32,000 bases of DNA from Cereibacter sphaeroides 2.4.1 (GCF_000012905.2 NC_007494.2:330001-362000), one strand, 5' to 3'; numbered from the stretch's first letter, positions 1 to 10,880 are shown. Translations and numbers: made by a program. Notes: generated by a model not told the origin, from the sequence alone.

Positions 1-70
1 CGAGAGCTTCCCGGCGGATGCCGACAAGTTCTATCCGGGCTGGCGCGACCGGCTGCATCGCGCGGCCTGA
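1..70 (+). CDS. 3' end of an unidentified CDS truncated by the window edge
   Basis: The frame starting at nt 2 reads ...ESFPADADKFYPGWRDRLHRAA with G/C-dominated third positions and TGA at 68-70. A hairpin with T-tract follows. Too short to name. Confidence 0.35.
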   Translation, partial: ESFPADADKFYPGWRDRLHRAA

Positions 71-85
71 GGGCTTTTGACGAAG

Positions 86-117
86 GGCCGGGCGGCATCC
101 GCCCGGCCTCGGCTTTT
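86..117 (+). terminator. Rho-independent terminator candidate between convergent genes
   Basis: Perfect 10-bp inverted repeat GGCCGGGCGG (86-95) / CCGCCCGGCC (99-108), then TCGGCTTTT (T-run 114-117). Lies between the truncated + strand CDS (stop 68-70) and the ggt stop (146-148, - strand). Confidence 0.5.
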
Positions 118-145
118 GCAGGATCACGTTTCGCGGGCGGGCGGG

Positions 146-1927
146 TCACTCGCCCAGCGCGATTCCCTCGCGGCGGGGATCGGCGCCGCCCTGCAACCTC
201 TCGCCCAGCGAGATCGCATGGAGGCCGGAGGTCAGGTCCACCGGCTTCACGTCATAACCCAGATCGGCGAGCGGCTGGCTCAGCGCTTCGGCGCGGGTGC
301 CGGCCTCGATCTGGAACGGGCCGAAAGTGTTCACGAGATGCGGCATGGCCACCGCCTGCTGCACATCCATGCCCCAGTCGAGATGGGCGATCAGCGCCTG
401 TGCCACATAGCCGATGATCGTGGAGCCGCCGGGGCTGCCCACCGCCAGCACGGGCTTGCCGTCGCGGAGTACGATGGTGGGCGCCATCGACGAGCGCGGG
501 CGCTTGCCGGGCTCCACCCGGTTCGCGATGGGCCAGCCCTCCGCATGGGTGCGGAAGGAGAAGTCGGTGAGTTCGTTGTTCAGGAGGAACCCGTTCGTCA
601 TCAGCCGCGAGCCGAAGCCGTTCTCGATGGTCGTCGTCATCGAGAGCACGTTGCCCGCCGCATCCACGATGGAGATATGCGAGGTCGAGGGCAATTCGAG
701 GCTCTCGTCGGGGGCGAGGAGCCCCGCGTGATCCCATTCGGGCGTGCCGGCCGCCACCTCGGGCAACGCATCGTCTCCGCGCAGAAGCTCGGCCCGGGCG
801 GCGAGATAGGCGGGATCGAGCAGCCCCTCGACGGGCACCGGCACGAAATCTCTGTCGGCCATGTATCGGCCGCGGTCGGCGAAGGCGAGGCGGGTCGCAT
901 CGCCGATCAGGCGCCAGCTTTCGGCATTCTCGGGCCCGAGGGCGGCCAGATCGTAGGGCTCGAGCGCGCCGAGGATCAGCCCCACGGTCAGCGCTCCCGA
1001 CGAGGGCGGACCCATGCCGCAGATCTCGGCGCCGCGGTAGTCGGCGCAGACGGGCGGACGCTCCACCACGCGGTAGGCGGCCAGATCCTCGAGCGCGAGC
1101 ACGCCCGGATTGCCCTCGGCGCCGCGGACGGTGGCCACGATCTCCTCGGCGATGGGGCCGCGGTAGAACGCATCCGCGCCTTCGGCCGCCAGACGGCGAA
1201 GGGTCTCGGCATAGTCGGGGTTCTTCAGGAGGGCTCCGGCCTTCAGCGGCTGGCCCTCGGGCAGGAAATAGGCGGCGGTGGCGGGAAAGCGCGAGAGCCC
1301 CTCGGGATCCTCGGCCACGAGCCCCGCGAGACGCGGCGAGACCGCAAAGCCCTCCTCGGCCAGACGGATGGCCGGATCGAAGAGGTCGGACCAGCCGGAC
1401 CTGCCCCAGCGCCGGTGCGCCTCCTCGAGCAGAAGCGGCGTGCCGGGGGTGCCCACGGACCGGCCGCCCACCACCGCGTCGAGGAATTCCAGCGGCTCGC
1501 CCTCGGGCGTCTGGAAGAGCCGGGGGGTCGCGGCCCGCGGCGCGGTCTCGCGCGCATCGAGCGTGGTGACGGCGCCGGTCGCCGCATCGAACCAGACGAG
1601 GAAGGCGCCGCCGCCGAGCCCCGAGGATTGCGGCTCGACCAGCCCCAGCACGGTCTGGACGGCGACCATGGCATCGGCCGCGCTGCCGCCGCTGCGCAGG
1701 ATCTCGGCTCCGGCCTCGACGGCGAGCGGGTTCGCAGCCACCACCATCCAGTCCTCCGCCTCGACGGGCCGTCCCGAGTCGCGCGTCTCCATCGCCGCGG
1801 CGGCTGCGGGCGAGAGGCTGCCGAAGGCCGCGGGCGCGGTGGGCGCCTCGGGGGCCAGCGTGTCGCTGGCCTGTTGCGCGAAGGCGGGCAGGGCCGAGGC
1901 GAGGAACAGGGCGAGCGTGCGGACCAT
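146..1927 (-). CDS. ggt: gamma-glutamyltranspeptidase (exported, autoprocessing Ntn hydrolase)
   Basis: 595-aa ORF with signal peptide (LALFLASALPAFAQQ). Carries GGT hallmarks GGSAADAMVAVQTVLGLVEPQSSGLGGGAFLV and the processing-site region TSHISIVDAAGNVLSMTTTIENGFGS. The ORF track starts at 1933, but the AGGAG (complement of 1934-1938) abuts that ATG. The second ATG (1925-1927) has 6-nt spacing, so I place the start at 1927. Confidence 0.9.
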   Translation of the reverse strand: MVRTLALFLASALPAFAQQASDTLAPEAPTAPAAFGSLSPAAAAAMETRDSGRPVEAEDWMVVAANPLAVEAGAEILRSGGSAADAMVAVQTVLGLVEPQSSGLGGGAFLVWFDAATGAVTTLDARETAPRAATPRLFQTPEGEPLEFLDAVVGGRSVGTPGTPLLLEEAHRRWGRSGWSDLFDPAIRLAEEGFAVSPRLAGLVAEDPEGLSRFPATAAYFLPEGQPLKAGALLKNPDYAETLRRLAAEGADAFYRGPIAEEIVATVRGAEGNPGVLALEDLAAYRVVERPPVCADYRGAEICGMGPPSSGALTVGLILGALEPYDLAALGPENAESWRLIGDATRLAFADRGRYMADRDFVPVPVEGLLDPAYLAARAELLRGDDALPEVAAGTPEWDHAGLLAPDESLELPSTSHISIVDAAGNVLSMTTTIENGFGSRLMTNGFLLNNELTDFSFRTHAEGWPIANRVEPGKRPRSSMAPTIVLRDGKPVLAVGSPGGSTIIGYVAQALIAHLDWGMDVQQAVAMPHLVNTFGPFQIEAGTRAEALSQPLADLGYDVKPVDLTSGLHAISLGERLQGGADPRREGIALGE

Positions 1928-2004
1928 GGGCATCTCCTTTCCTAGACCCTATCAACTGGCCCGTGCAGAGGCCGGGTCAAGCGCAACCGACGCCTGTCCC
2001 GCGC

Positions 2005-2766
2005 TCAGGGCCGGATGCGCCAGCCCGAGCGGAAGATCCACCAGATCGCACCGAGGCAGAGCGCGGTGAAGGCGAAGATCGCCACGAGGCTCACCGCCAC
2101 CGGCACATCGGCCGTGTCGAAGAAGGACCAGCGGAAGACCGACATCAGATAGACCACCGGATTGAACAGCGCGACCGTCTGCCAGGGCCCCGGCAGCATC
2201 TCGATGCTGTAGAAGCTGCCGCCGAGGAAGATCAGCGGCGTCAGCACGAGCAGCGGGATGAGCTGCAACTGCTGGAAATCCTTGGCCCAGATCCCGATGA
2301 TGAAGCCGAAGAGCGAGAAGCTGAGGCTGGTCAGCGCCAGAAGCGCCAGCATCGCCACCGGATGGGCGATGGGCAGATCGACGAAGAGGAAGGCCGTGGC
2401 GAGGATCACGAGCCCGATCAGGATCGACTTGACCGCCGCCGCCCCCACGAAGCCCGTCACGATCTCGGTGAAGCCGATAGGGGCCGCCAGCAGCTCCTGC
2501 ATCGTGCCGATGAATTTCGGGAAATGGATCGCGAAGGAGGCATTGGCCACCGACTGCGTGACCACCGTCAGCATGATGAGGCCCGGCACGATGAAGGCGC
2601 CGTAGCTCACGCCGCCCACCGTCTCGATCCGGCTGCCGATGGCCGCGCCGAAGACGACGAAATAAAGCGAGGTCGAGATGACGGGCGAGGCCAGCGACTC
2701 GAGGATGGTGCGGAAGAAGCGCGCCATCTCCTTGGCGAAGATCACCCGGACAGCCTGAAGGTTCAT
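2005..2766 (-). CDS. ABC-2 type transporter permease (YadH-like), 253 aa
   Basis: Only the C-terminal 253 aa of the 1581-aa track ORF look real: [40 protein letters not shown]..., with about 6 hydrophobic segments. The ATG (2764-2766) overlaps the upstream ATPase stop as ATGA. Confidence 0.85.
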   Translation of the reverse strand: MNLQAVRVIFAKEMARFFRTILESLASPVISTSLYFVVFGAAIGSRIETVGGVSYGAFIVPGLIMLTVVTQSVANASFAIHFPKFIGTMQELLAAPIGFTEIVTGFVGAAAVKSILIGLVILATAFLFVDLPIAHPVAMLALLALTSLSFSLFGFIIGIWAKDFQQLQLIPLLVLTPLIFLGGSFYSIEMLPGPWQTVALFNPVVYLMSVFRWSFFDTADVPVAVSLVAIFAFTALCLGAIWWIFRSGWRIRP

Positions 2767-3689
2767 CGTCCCGCCCTCACCAGATCCACGAAGATGTCCT
2801 CGAGGCTGCTCTGCCGCGTGGCGATGTCGGCGATGGGCAGGCCCGCCGCGCGCATCTCGGTCAGGAGCGTGACGATGCCCGTCCGCTCCTGCGTGGCATC
2901 GTAGCTGTAGACGAGGCTCAGGCCGCCGGGCCCGAGCGTGAGCCCGCGCCCCGCCAGCGCCTCGGGCACCGCCGCGATGGGCTGCGCCAGATCCACCTTC
3001 AGCTCCTTGCGGCCCATCCGCGCCATCAGGCTCGCCTTGTCCTCTACGAGAAGGATCTCGCCCCCCGTGATGATCCCCACGCGGTCGGCGATGGCCTCGG
3101 CCTCCTCGATGTAATGGGTGGTCAGGATGATGGTCACGCCCTCTGCCCGCAGATCCTCGACCACGGCCCACATGTCCTTGCGCAGCTCCACATCGACGCC
3201 CGCCGTGGGCTCGTCGAGAAAGAGCACCCGCGGCTCGTGCGCCAGCGCCTTGGCGATCAGCACCCGCCGCTTCATTCCGCCCGAGAGCGGCTGGATCGCG
3301 CTGTCCTTCTTGTCCCAGAGCGAGAGCTGACGCAGCACCCGCTCGACATGGGCGGGGTCCGGCGGCTTGCCATAGAGCCCGCGGGCGTAGCTCACGCTGC
3401 GGAACACCTTCTCGAAGGGCTCGAGCGCGATCTCCTGCGGCACGAGGCCGATCATCGCCCGCGCCGCGCGCCAGTCGGAGGCGATGTCGTGGCCGCCCAC
3501 CGTGACCTGGCCCGAAGTCGGGCGCACGATGCCGCAGATCGTCGAGATGAGCGTGGTCTTGCCGGCGCCGTTCGGGCCGAGGAGCGCGAGGATCTCGCCC
3601 TCGCGAATGTCGAGGCTGACGGATTTCAGCGCCCGGAAGCCGGTGTCGTAGGTCTTCACCAGATCGCGGACGGAGACGATGGCGGTCAT
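2763..3689 (-). CDS. ABC transporter ATP-binding protein (ABC-2/YadG-like exporter ATPase)
   Basis: Walker [10 protein letters not shown], signature LSGGMKRR, Walker [13 protein letters not shown]-loop TTHYIEE. GGAGA lies 5 nt upstream of the ATG. 4-nt overlap with the permease gene. Confidence 0.9.
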   Translation of the reverse strand: MTAIVSVRDLVKTYDTGFRALKSVSLDIREGEILALLGPNGAGKTTLISTICGIVRPTSGQVTVGGHDIASDWRAARAMIGLVPQEIALEPFEKVFRSVSYARGLYGKPPDPAHVERVLRQLSLWDKKDSAIQPLSGGMKRRVLIAKALAHEPRVLFLDEPTAGVDVELRKDMWAVVEDLRAEGVTIILTTHYIEEAEAIADRVGIITGGEILLVEDKASLMARMGRKELKVDLAQPIAAVPEALAGRGLTLGPGGLSLVYSYDATQERTGIVTLLTEMRAAGLPIADIATRQSSLEDIFVDLVRAGR

Positions 3690-3904
3690 GGGGTCTCCGA
3701 AACTGGCCGGCCAAAGGCCCGGCCTCTGCGGCGCACCGCAGCGCCCGAGCGCGACTTAGGGCGCGGCGGGCGCCGAACAAGGGGCGGTGCCCCACCGATC
3801 CGGACCGCGGGATGCCCCTACCTAAGGTGGAGGCCAAGGCGGTGGCCACGGCCGCGCGCCTCTGACAGAGTTCGGGAACGCCACGCGGATCTGGGAGGAG
3901 ACTC

Positions 3905-4876
3905 GTGAACGTCATGGACACCCACCCCGACGGCCGGGCCATCGCGCATCTGGCCGAGCGGATCCGGGCGGGGCTGATCGGCCACGAGATCCTCGTCGAG
4001 CGGCTGATGACCGCGCTGCTGACCGGGGGGCATGTGCTGATCGAGGGCGCGCCGGGGCTCGCCAAGACCCGCGCCGTCAAGCGGCTCGCGCAGGGGCTCG
4101 ACGGCAGCTTCGCCCGCATCCAGTGCACGCCCGATCTGATGCCCTCGGACCTCACCGGCACGCAGGTCTTCCGCCGCCAGAGCGAGAGCTTCGACTTCGT
4201 GCCGGGGCCGATCTTCCATTCCCTCGTGCTGGTCGACGAGATCAACCGCGCGCCGCCCAAGGTGCAGTCGGCCCTGCTCGAGGCCATGGCCGAGGGGCAG
4301 GTCACGGCGGGCGGCGTCACGCGGCCCCTGCCGGACCCGTTCATGGTGGTCGCGACCCAGAATCCGATCGAGCACGAGGGCACCTTTCCCTTGCCCGAGG
4401 CGCAGCTCGACCGGTTCCTGCTCCATGTGGATCTGGCAATGCCGGGGGCCGAGGCCGAGCGCGCGATCCTCGATCTGGTCGAGGGCGAGGCGCGGGAGGC
4501 GGCCCTGCCCGCGGGCAGGCCGCTCGAACTGGCCGAGCTTCGGCGGGCGCGCGCGGCGGTCGCGGGCATCCATCTCGCGCCCGCGCTCAGGGATTTCATC
4601 GTGCGGCTGGTGATCGCCACGCGGGAGACCGAAGGCTCGCCGCTCGAGGGGCTCATCGAACATGCGGTCTCGCCGCGGGGAACGCTGGCGCTTGCGGCCT
4701 CGGCCCGGTCGCGGGCGCTTCTGCACGGGCGCGACCATGCGCTGCCCGAGGATGTCGAGGCGCTGGCGCCCGATGCGCTGGCCCACCGGCTGGTGCCGAG
4801 CTGGCGCGCCACCTCCGAAGGGATCTCCGCGCGCGGGATCGTGGCGCGGCTCCTCCCCCATGTCCGGCCCTGGTGA
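3905..4876 (+). CDS. MoxR-family AAA+ ATPase
   Basis: [13 protein letters not shown] (Walker A), [22 protein letters not shown] (Walker B / sensor region) and [22 protein letters not shown] are the classic MoxR/AAA_3 pattern. GTG start at 3905 sits behind GGGAGGAG (3893-3900). An in-frame ATG at 3914 is an alternative start. Confidence 0.9.
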   Translation: MNVMDTHPDGRAIAHLAERIRAGLIGHEILVERLMTALLTGGHVLIEGAPGLAKTRAVKRLAQGLDGSFARIQCTPDLMPSDLTGTQVFRRQSESFDFVPGPIFHSLVLVDEINRAPPKVQSALLEAMAEGQVTAGGVTRPLPDPFMVVATQNPIEHEGTFPLPEAQLDRFLLHVDLAMPGAEAERAILDLVEGEAREAALPAGRPLELAELRRARAAVAGIHLAPALRDFIVRLVIATRETEGSPLEGLIEHAVSPRGTLALAASARSRALLHGRDHALPEDVEALAPDALAHRLVPSWRATSEGISARGIVARLLPHVRPW

Positions 4877-5727
4877 TGACGGGCGAGGGCCATGAGGTGA
4901 CGGTGGCAGGGCTTCTGGCGCTGGCCCCGCTCGCGGCCCAACGCGGGCGTCGCCCGCCCGAGCCCGCGCGGCGGCCGGGATCGACCGCCACGAGGCCCCG
5001 CGGGCAGGGGCACGAGATCCGCGAGATCCGGCCCTTCACCGAGGGCGACGACCTTCGCCACCTCGACGCGGCCGCCACCGCGCGCACCGGCACGCTTCAG
5101 GTGCGCAGCTTCCACGAGGACCGCGACCGGACCGTGCTGCTCGTGGCCGACTTTCGCCGCCCGATGCTGTGGGGCACGCGGCGTTTCCGCTCGGTTGCGG
5201 CGGCCGAGGCGCTGGCGCTGGCGGGCTGGCAGGCGGTGAACGGCGGGGGCTCGGCGGGCGCGGTGGCGCTGACGGACGGCGGGCTCCATTCCTCGCGCGC
5301 CTCGGGCCGGACGGCGGGCATGGCGCAGGCCGCGGGCTGCCTTGCGCGGGGCCACCGCGCGGCGCTCGCGGCGGTGCGCCAGCCGGTGCGGGATCTCGGA
5401 CCCGATCTGTTGCGCGCGGCCCGCCTCGCGCCGCGCGGCGCGACGGTCATCCTTGCGACCGCGCTTGACCGGCCGGGGCCGGAGTTCGAGGCGGCGCTCG
5501 GCGCGGTCCTGCGGCGGGGCCCGCTCCGGCTCCTTCTTGCGGTGGACCCGTTCGAGACCGATCCGCCGCGGCAGGCGCTGCCCTTCCTCACGGCCGAGGG
5601 CAGGGCGGGGCGCGGCGGCTTCGCCGATCTGCCCGCCACGCGCGCGGCGACCCTCGACCGGTTGGCGGAGCTGGGAGTCACCGCCGAGCGGTTGCCTGCG
5701 GACCTGCCCCTCGGAGCCGGCCCATGA
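4876..5727 (+). CDS. DUF58 family protein (MoxR-associated, VWA-like)
   Basis: Second half of track ORF 4123..5727. The motif [40 protein letters not shown] matches the DUF58 core as I recall it. The ATG overlaps the MoxR stop (TGATG). An in-frame GTG at 4873 is also possible. Confidence 0.8.
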   Translation: MTGEGHEVTVAGLLALAPLAAQRGRRPPEPARRPGSTATRPRGQGHEIREIRPFTEGDDLRHLDAAATARTGTLQVRSFHEDRDRTVLLVADFRRPMLWGTRRFRSVAAAEALALAGWQAVNGGGSAGAVALTDGGLHSSRASGRTAGMAQAAGCLARGHRAALAAVRQPVRDLGPDLLRAARLAPRGATVILATALDRPGPEFEAALGAVLRRGPLRLLLAVDPFETDPPRQALPFLTAEGRAGRGGFADLPATRAATLDRLAELGVTAERLPADLPLGAGP

Positions 5728-6083
5728 CCTCCTTCGATCCGCTCCGAGACCTGCATCCCCCGCGCCTGCCCGTGTCCTTCGCCTCCTTCGGCTGGGCCGA
5801 GGCGCTGGTGGCCTTCGGGCTGGGCCTTCTCCTCGCGCTCCTCCTCTTCGAGCTCGTCCGCCCGGCCTTCGTCCGCCGCACGGGCTTCGATCTCGAGGCG
5901 GAACTCGCCCGGCTCGCCGGCTTGCCGCCCGCCGAGCGGATGCTCGGCCAGCTGCGCCTCCTGCGGAGGTTCGACGCGCCGCTGCCCGAAGAGTCCCGCG
6001 CCCATCTCTACCGCGCCGGAGAGGCCCCGCCGGATCTTGCCCCCGCGGTCCGCGCCGCCGCTCGCCGGGGACGCCATGCTTGA
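5724..6083 (+). CDS. small single-pass membrane protein, DUF4381-like
   Basis: 119 aa. The N-terminal [15 protein letters not shown] followed by one TM helix ([16 protein letters not shown]) resembles the DUF4381 proteins found between DUF58 and VWA genes. ATGA overlap with the upstream gene and 8-nt overlap with the downstream gene. Confidence 0.55.
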   Translation: MTSFDPLRDLHPPRLPVSFASFGWAEALVAFGLGLLLALLLFELVRPAFVRRTGFDLEAELARLAGLPPAERMLGQLRLLRRFDAPLPEESRAHLYRAGEAPPDLAPAVRAAARRGRHA

Positions 6084-7062
6084 TCTCGCGGCCCCTTTCT
6101 TCCTGCTGCTCCTGCCGCTGCCGTTCCTCGTCCGCCGGTTCCTTCCGCCCCATGCGGCGCAGGAGGGGGCGCTCTACCTGCCCGAGGCCTTTGCCGCCGC
6201 GGCCCGCCCCACCTCGGCCTTTGCCCGCAGCGAGCGGTGGGAGGGGGCCCTGCGGGCGATCCTGTGGCTCGCGCTGGTGCTGGCGCTGGCAGGGCCCGAG
6301 CGGCTGAAGGCGGTGCCGGATCTTTCCGCCTCGGGGCGCGAGATCGTGCTGACGCTCGACATGTCGGGCTCGATGCTGATCGAGGATTTCGACATCGACG
6401 GGGTGCAGAGCACGCGGCTCGAGGCGGTCAAGCGGGTGGCGCGCAGCTTCGTCGAGGAGCGGCAGGGCGACCGGATCGGCCTCGTCCTCTTTGCGAACCG
6501 CGCCTACGTGGCCGCGCCCCTGACCTTCGATCTGGCGGCGGTGGGGCGGGCCATCGAAGAGGCCTCGATCGGCATCACCGGCCGCTCGACCGCCATCGCC
6601 GACGGGCTGGGGCTTGCGCTGAAGAGCGTGACCGAGAGCAGTGCGGCCTCGCGGGTGATCGTGCTTCTGTCGGACGGGCAGGACAATGCGCACCAGATCG
6701 ACGCGCGGCAGGTGGCAGGGCTCGCGGCGCGGCACGGGGTGCGCATCCACACGATCGCGCTCGGTCCGGACGATCTCGAGACCCGTCCGGCCGCCCGCGA
6801 TGCGGTGGACACGGCCACGCTCCGCGCCATTGCCGAGGCGAGCGGGGGACGGAGCTACCGCGTGCGGGGGATGGAGGATCTGCGCGCCATGGCGGCCGAC
6901 CTCGACCGGCTGGAGCCGAACCCTGCGGAACGGCCGCCGGTGCTGGTGCCCGAGCCGCTCTGGCCCTGGCCCGCGCTTCTGGCGCTGGGGGCGGCTCTCG
7001 TCCTCGGCCTCCGCCGGGCAGGGCTGGCGCCGTGGCCCCGTCGGGCAGGGCGCGCGGCATGA
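6076..7062 (+). CDS. VWA domain membrane protein (BatA-like)
   Basis: N-terminal TM segments ([31 protein letters not shown]). VWA with MIDAS DxSxS ([10 protein letters not shown]) and [12 protein letters not shown]-terminal TM. I chose the internal ATG at 6076 (MLDL...) rather than 6037. Confidence 0.8.
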   Translation: MLDLAAPFFLLLLPLPFLVRRFLPPHAAQEGALYLPEAFAAAARPTSAFARSERWEGALRAILWLALVLALAGPERLKAVPDLSASGREIVLTLDMSGSMLIEDFDIDGVQSTRLEAVKRVARSFVEERQGDRIGLVLFANRAYVAAPLTFDLAAVGRAIEEASIGITGRSTAIADGLGLALKSVTESSAASRVIVLLSDGQDNAHQIDARQVAGLAARHGVRIHTIALGPDDLETRPAARDAVDTATLRAIAEASGGRSYRVRGMEDLRAMAADLDRLEPNPAERPPVLVPEPLWPWPALLALGAALVLGLRRAGLAPWPRRAGRAA

Positions 7063-7994
7063 GCTGGCTCCTCCTCCGCCCGCTCTGGCTTGCGGCCCTG
7101 CCGCTGCTCGCGCTTCTGGCGCTCTGGGTCTGGCGGCGCCGTCCGGCCGGCGCGTGGGAGCGGATCGTGGCCCCGCCGCTTCTGGCGCGGATGCGTGAGC
7201 TGGGCTTCGTGGCCCCGGCGGGCGGGCGCTGGACGGGACTGCTGCCCTTCGCCGTCGCGGCGCTCGTCATCGTCGGTCTGTCCGGGCCGGCAAGGCTCCG
7301 ACCCGACAGTCTCGCCTTCGACCGGATGGATCCGATCCTCCTCGTGCTCGACATGTCGCCTTCGGTGGCTGGCACGGCGCAGCTCGGCGATGCGCAGGCG
7401 GCGGCGGCGCTCGTGCTGCAGGAGGCGAAGGGGCGGCCCACGGGCCTCATGCTCTATGCCGCCGACGCCTATGTGGCGAGCGCGCCCACCAGCGACGCGG
7501 CCTCGCTCCAGAGCCTCGTCGCGGTGCTCGGCGCCGAGACGATGCCCGTGGAGGGAAGCCGGCCCGACATCGCGCTCTCGGTGGCACGCGAGCTCTTTGC
7601 GGGCGAGGGCCGGCCCGGGCTCGCCGGCGCCGACCTCATCGTGATCTCCGACGGAGGCGGCGTCGGCCCGCGCGCCTGGGAAGAGGCGCGTCGCCTGCGC
7701 GCGGCGGGCGCGCGGGTCTGGGCGCTGGAGCTGCCGCGCGACCGGCTGCCCGAGGGGATGCCCGAGCCTCCCGCCGATGCGCTGGCCGAGCTTGCCCGGG
7801 CGGGTGGCGGGGCGCTGGCCCCGGTCCGCACGCCGCGCCCGCTGCTGGAACGGCTCGGGCAGGCGCGCACCCGCGCGCTCGCCCGCTCGGCCGAAGGGCC
7901 CGCGCTCTTCGAGGATCTCGGTCGCTGGCTCCTCCTCCTCGCGGCGCTTCCGGCCCTGTTGCTGTTCCGCCGCCCGCTCTCGGAGAAAAGCTGA
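7059..7994 (+). CDS. second VWA-like membrane protein (BatB-like)
   Basis: Read in the frame of track ORF 6237..7994 from the ATG at 7059 (ATGA overlap). TM helices at both ends. DxSxS present ([10 protein letters not shown]) and LIVISDGGG. Confidence 0.7.
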   Translation: MSWLLLRPLWLAALPLLALLALWVWRRRPAGAWERIVAPPLLARMRELGFVAPAGGRWTGLLPFAVAALVIVGLSGPARLRPDSLAFDRMDPILLVLDMSPSVAGTAQLGDAQAAAALVLQEAKGRPTGLMLYAADAYVASAPTSDAASLQSLVAVLGAETMPVEGSRPDIALSVARELFAGEGRPGLAGADLIVISDGGGVGPRAWEEARRLRAAGARVWALELPRDRLPEGMPEPPADALAELARAGGGALAPVRTPRPLLERLGQARTRALARSAEGPALFEDLGRWLLLLAALPALLLFRRPLSEKS

Positions 7995-8590
7995 TGCGCC
8001 GGAGGCTCCTTGCGCTTGCGGCGCTGGCCGCCGTGGGCCTCGGAGGGCCCACCGCCTGGGCCAAGCTCGCGCTCCTCGCAGGCCTGCCGGGCTTGGCGGC
8101 CACCTTCGCGACCGAGCCCGCGATCCGGGGCGTTGCGCTCTATCAGGCGCGCCGCTTTGCCGAGGCCGATGCCGCCTTCGCCGAGGCGGGTCGCGCCGTC
8201 ACCTACAACCGCGGCCTGAGCCTCGCGGCGCTTGGAAACTATCCGCTTGCCGAGGCCTATTTCGACGCGGTGCTCTTCGCCAATCCCGCCGACAGCGAGG
8301 CGCGCGAGAACCGGGACAGGGTGGCCGCGCTCTACGATCCCGTGGTGGGGCAGGGCGACGAGGCCGGCCGGATCGCCGTTCAGGTGGTGGTCCCGCCCGA
8401 CGGGCCGCCGACCGAGCGGTTCTCGGCCGACTCGCCGCCGCTCGGGCCGGGGCGGCAGGTCGCCGACGATGCGTGGCTTGCCACGCTGCCCGACGATCCG
8501 GGCGAGTTCCTGCGGCTCAGGCTCTCGGACGAATATACCCGGCGGCTGTCGCTGGGCTTCACACCGCCGGAGGAGGGCGATCCATGGTGA
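7994..8590 (+). CDS. TPR-like repeat protein (BatC-like)
   Basis: 198 aa with an N-terminal hydrophobic segment. TPR-like helices (ALYQARRFAEADAAFAEA..., LAALGNYPLAEAYFDAVLFANPADSEA). TGATG overlap with the upstream gene. Confidence 0.55.
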   Translation: MRRRLLALAALAAVGLGGPTAWAKLALLAGLPGLAATFATEPAIRGVALYQARRFAEADAAFAEAGRAVTYNRGLSLAALGNYPLAEAYFDAVLFANPADSEARENRDRVAALYDPVVGQGDEAGRIAVQVVVPPDGPPTERFSADSPPLGPGRQVADDAWLATLPDDPGEFLRLRLSDEYTRRLSLGFTPPEEGDPW

Positions 8591-9753
8591 TCCGTGCGGC
8601 TCTGGCGGCTCTGGCGGCTCTCGTGCTTCTCGCGGCCACGACGGCCGGGGCCGAGACCCCTGAGCGGCGGCTCGAGATCCTGGCCTTCCCCCGCGCCGAC
8701 AGCGTGGTGGCGGGCGAGATGGTGCCGGTGACGGTGCGCGGCATCTACGACCGCAAGGTGACGCTCGAGGAGATGACGATCCGGCCCGGCGACAGTTTCG
8801 ACTGGGTGCAGCTGGCCAAGGACGACTGGCACGAGGAGCGCATCGACGGCCGCCTGCGGCTGGTGGTCGAACGCAGGCTCGCGCTCTTTCCCAAACATTC
8901 CGGCTCGTCGCGCTTCGGGCCCGCCGAGCACCGGCTGACCTTCGTCGGCGCGGGCGGGAAGGCGGAGACCATCACCTCGCATCCGCTCGACCTGTCGGTG
9001 GCGCCCATGCCCGACGATCCGCCCTTCCACAGCCCGCACGGCTGGCGCTTCGCCGCCTCCGAGCTGAGGGTGAAGGACGAGCTCAGCACCGATCCGGCCC
9101 GGCTCAGGGACGGCGAGACCGTGACGCGGCGCGTGACTGTGACGGGGGTAGGGGCGCTGCCCGCAATGCTGCCGCCGCGGCCCGTCGTCTCGGAGAACTG
9201 GCTCATCGCCTTCGCGGCCCCGGTCGAGCGGTCGCTGGAGCTGACGCCGGAGGGCCCCGTGGCGCGGGTGATCTGGAGCTGGCAGTTCCGCCCCGAGACC
9301 GGCGAGCCCGGCGTGCTGCCCGCCGTGCCGATCCCTTATTTCAACACGGTGACGCGGAAGGTGGAGGCGGCCGAGATCCCCGCGCTGCCCATCGGCTATG
9401 CAAGCTTCGCCGCCTCGCAGTCGGCCGGCATCGCCATCACGCCGGCGAGCCTCTGGGGAGGGCTGGCGGCCGGTCTGGCGGGGCTCGGCGCGGGGACGGC
9501 GCTGCTCGTGGCCGGCCACCGGCCGACGGCCGCGGCGCTCGGACGGCTCGCGCGGCGGCGCTCGCCCTTCCGCCGCTGGCAGATCTGGCGCGCGGCACGG
9601 GCGGGTGACCTGCTCGCGCTCCGCCGGGCCACCGAGGAGGAGGCGCTCGACAGGCCTGCAGCGCGCGCCGCGCTCGAACGGGCGATCTACGGCCCGCCGC
9701 CGCAGCCGTTCGACGCGCGCGCCTTTCTGCGGACCCTGCGCCGGAAGGCTTGA
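8584..9753 (+). CDS. BatD-like exported protein with C-terminal membrane anchor
   Basis: Read from the ATG at 8584 (ATGGTGA overlap) in the frame of track ORF 7777..9753. Signal peptide MVIRAALAALAALVLLAATTAGAE, about 290 aa of beta-rich extracytoplasmic region, one TM (LWGGLAAGLAGLGAGTALLVAG) and a basic tail. The architecture and operon position match BatD. The family call is from memory. Confidence 0.6.
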   Translation: MVIRAALAALAALVLLAATTAGAETPERRLEILAFPRADSVVAGEMVPVTVRGIYDRKVTLEEMTIRPGDSFDWVQLAKDDWHEERIDGRLRLVVERRLALFPKHSGSSRFGPAEHRLTFVGAGGKAETITSHPLDLSVAPMPDDPPFHSPHGWRFAASELRVKDELSTDPARLRDGETVTRRVTVTGVGALPAMLPPRPVVSENWLIAFAAPVERSLELTPEGPVARVIWSWQFRPETGEPGVLPAVPIPYFNTVTRKVEAAEIPALPIGYASFAASQSAGIAITPASLWGGLAAGLAGLGAGTALLVAGHRPTAAALGRLARRRSPFRRWQIWRAARAGDLLALRRATEEEALDRPAARAALERAIYGPPPQPFDARAFLRTLRRKA

Positions 9754-9816
9754 GCCGGGCCACGCGCGCCGGGAGGCGGGGAGACATGACAGGCAATGGC
9801 AGGAGCGAGCAGAGAC

Positions 9817-10821
9817 ATGACCTTGCGCATTGGCATCATCGGCACGGGAGCCATCGGCACCGACCATGCACGCCGCATCAATCGGGTGCTGAGCGGGGCC
9901 GAGGTCACGGCCGTCACGGACGTGAACCGCGACAGCGCCGAGGCCTGCGTGGCGGGCGTGGCCCCGGGGGCGCAGATCCTCGGGTCGGCCGAGGAGGTGA
10001 TTGCGGCGAGCGACGCCGTCCTTGTCTGCTCCTGGGGCACGGCCCACGAGACGCAGGTGCTGGCCGCCATCGCGGCGGGCAAACCCTGCTTCTGCGAGAA
10101 ACCCCTCGCGACCGAGGCCTATGGCGCGCGGCGCATCGTCGAGGCCGAAGAGGCCATGGGCCGCCGCCTCGTTCAGGTGGGCTTCATGCGCCGCTACGAC
10201 CGGGGCTATGTCGCGCTGAAGGAGACGGTGCGCACGCGGCTCGGCCCGCCGCTGATGATCCATGCCGCGCATCGCAATCCGAGCGTGCCCGGGCGCTACC
10301 GGACGCCGATGGCGATCCACGACACGCTGATCCACGAGATCGACGTGCTGCGCTGGCTGCTCGACGATGAGTACGTCTCGGCGCAGGTGATCTTCCCGCG
10401 CGCCACCCGCCACACCCACGCCGGGCTGCGCGACCCGCAGATCGTGCTTCTCGAGACCGCGAAGGGCGTGCGGATCGACGTGGAGATCTTCGTCAACTGC
10501 CGCTACGGCTACGACATCCAGTGCGAGGTGGTGGGCGAGGAGGGCACGGCCCGCCTGCCGGAGCCCACGGCGATCCCCACGCGGCTCGGGGCGGTGTTCG
10601 GCCAGCCGATCCTCATGGACTGGAAGGACCGGTTCATCGACAGCTACGACGTCGAATTGCAGGATTTCCTGAAGGCTGCGGCACAGGGCACCGCCGCCGG
10701 TCCCTCCGCCTGGGACGGCTATGCCGCAGCCATCACCGCAGATGTCTGCGTGCAGGCGCAGGAGAGGCCCGGCGCCATCCTCCCCGTCACCCTGCCGGCC
10801 CGCCCGGCCCTCTATGCGTAA
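9817..10821 (+). CDS. iolG: myo-inositol 2-dehydrogenase (Gfo/Idh/MocA family)
   Basis: [37 protein letters not shown]..., [48 protein letters not shown] and [11 protein letters not shown] run parallel to Bacillus IolG along the whole length. I prefer the ATG at 9817 to the track start at 9796, by N-terminal homology. Confidence 0.88.
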   Translation: MTLRIGIIGTGAIGTDHARRINRVLSGAEVTAVTDVNRDSAEACVAGVAPGAQILGSAEEVIAASDAVLVCSWGTAHETQVLAAIAAGKPCFCEKPLATEAYGARRIVEAEEAMGRRLVQVGFMRRYDRGYVALKETVRTRLGPPLMIHAAHRNPSVPGRYRTPMAIHDTLIHEIDVLRWLLDDEYVSAQVIFPRATRHTHAGLRDPQIVLLETAKGVRIDVEIFVNCRYGYDIQCEVVGEEGTARLPEPTAIPTRLGAVFGQPILMDWKDRFIDSYDVELQDFLKAAAQGTAAGPSAWDGYAAAITADVCVQAQERPGAILPVTLPARPALYA

Positions 10822-10880
10822 GGGGAGCTCGTGCGGTTCGCCTCAAGCCGGATTGAGACGCCACGGGGTTTCTCCGTCAT

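Noticed and set aside
77-1945. 622-aa plus-strand ORF opposite ggt. Similar long antisense ORFs: 8380..10419 (-), 17720..19141 (+), 20835..22715 (+), 29563..31749 (-), 252..1955 (-).
   Set aside because: Each lies opposite to, or out of frame with, a gene carrying clear family motifs. All have the Arg/Gly/Pro/Ala-dominated composition expected from stop-codon depletion in GC-rich DNA.
2005-6750. 1581-aa minus-strand ORF, the longest in the track.
   Set aside because: Only its last 253 aa (2005-2766) look like a real protein, an ABC-2 permease. The rest is Arg/Pro/Gly/Ala-rich low-complexity sequence. It lies out of frame over the ABC ATPase gene and antisense to well-supported + strand genes (MoxR, DUF58, VWA). 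This is a typical high-GC shadow ORF.
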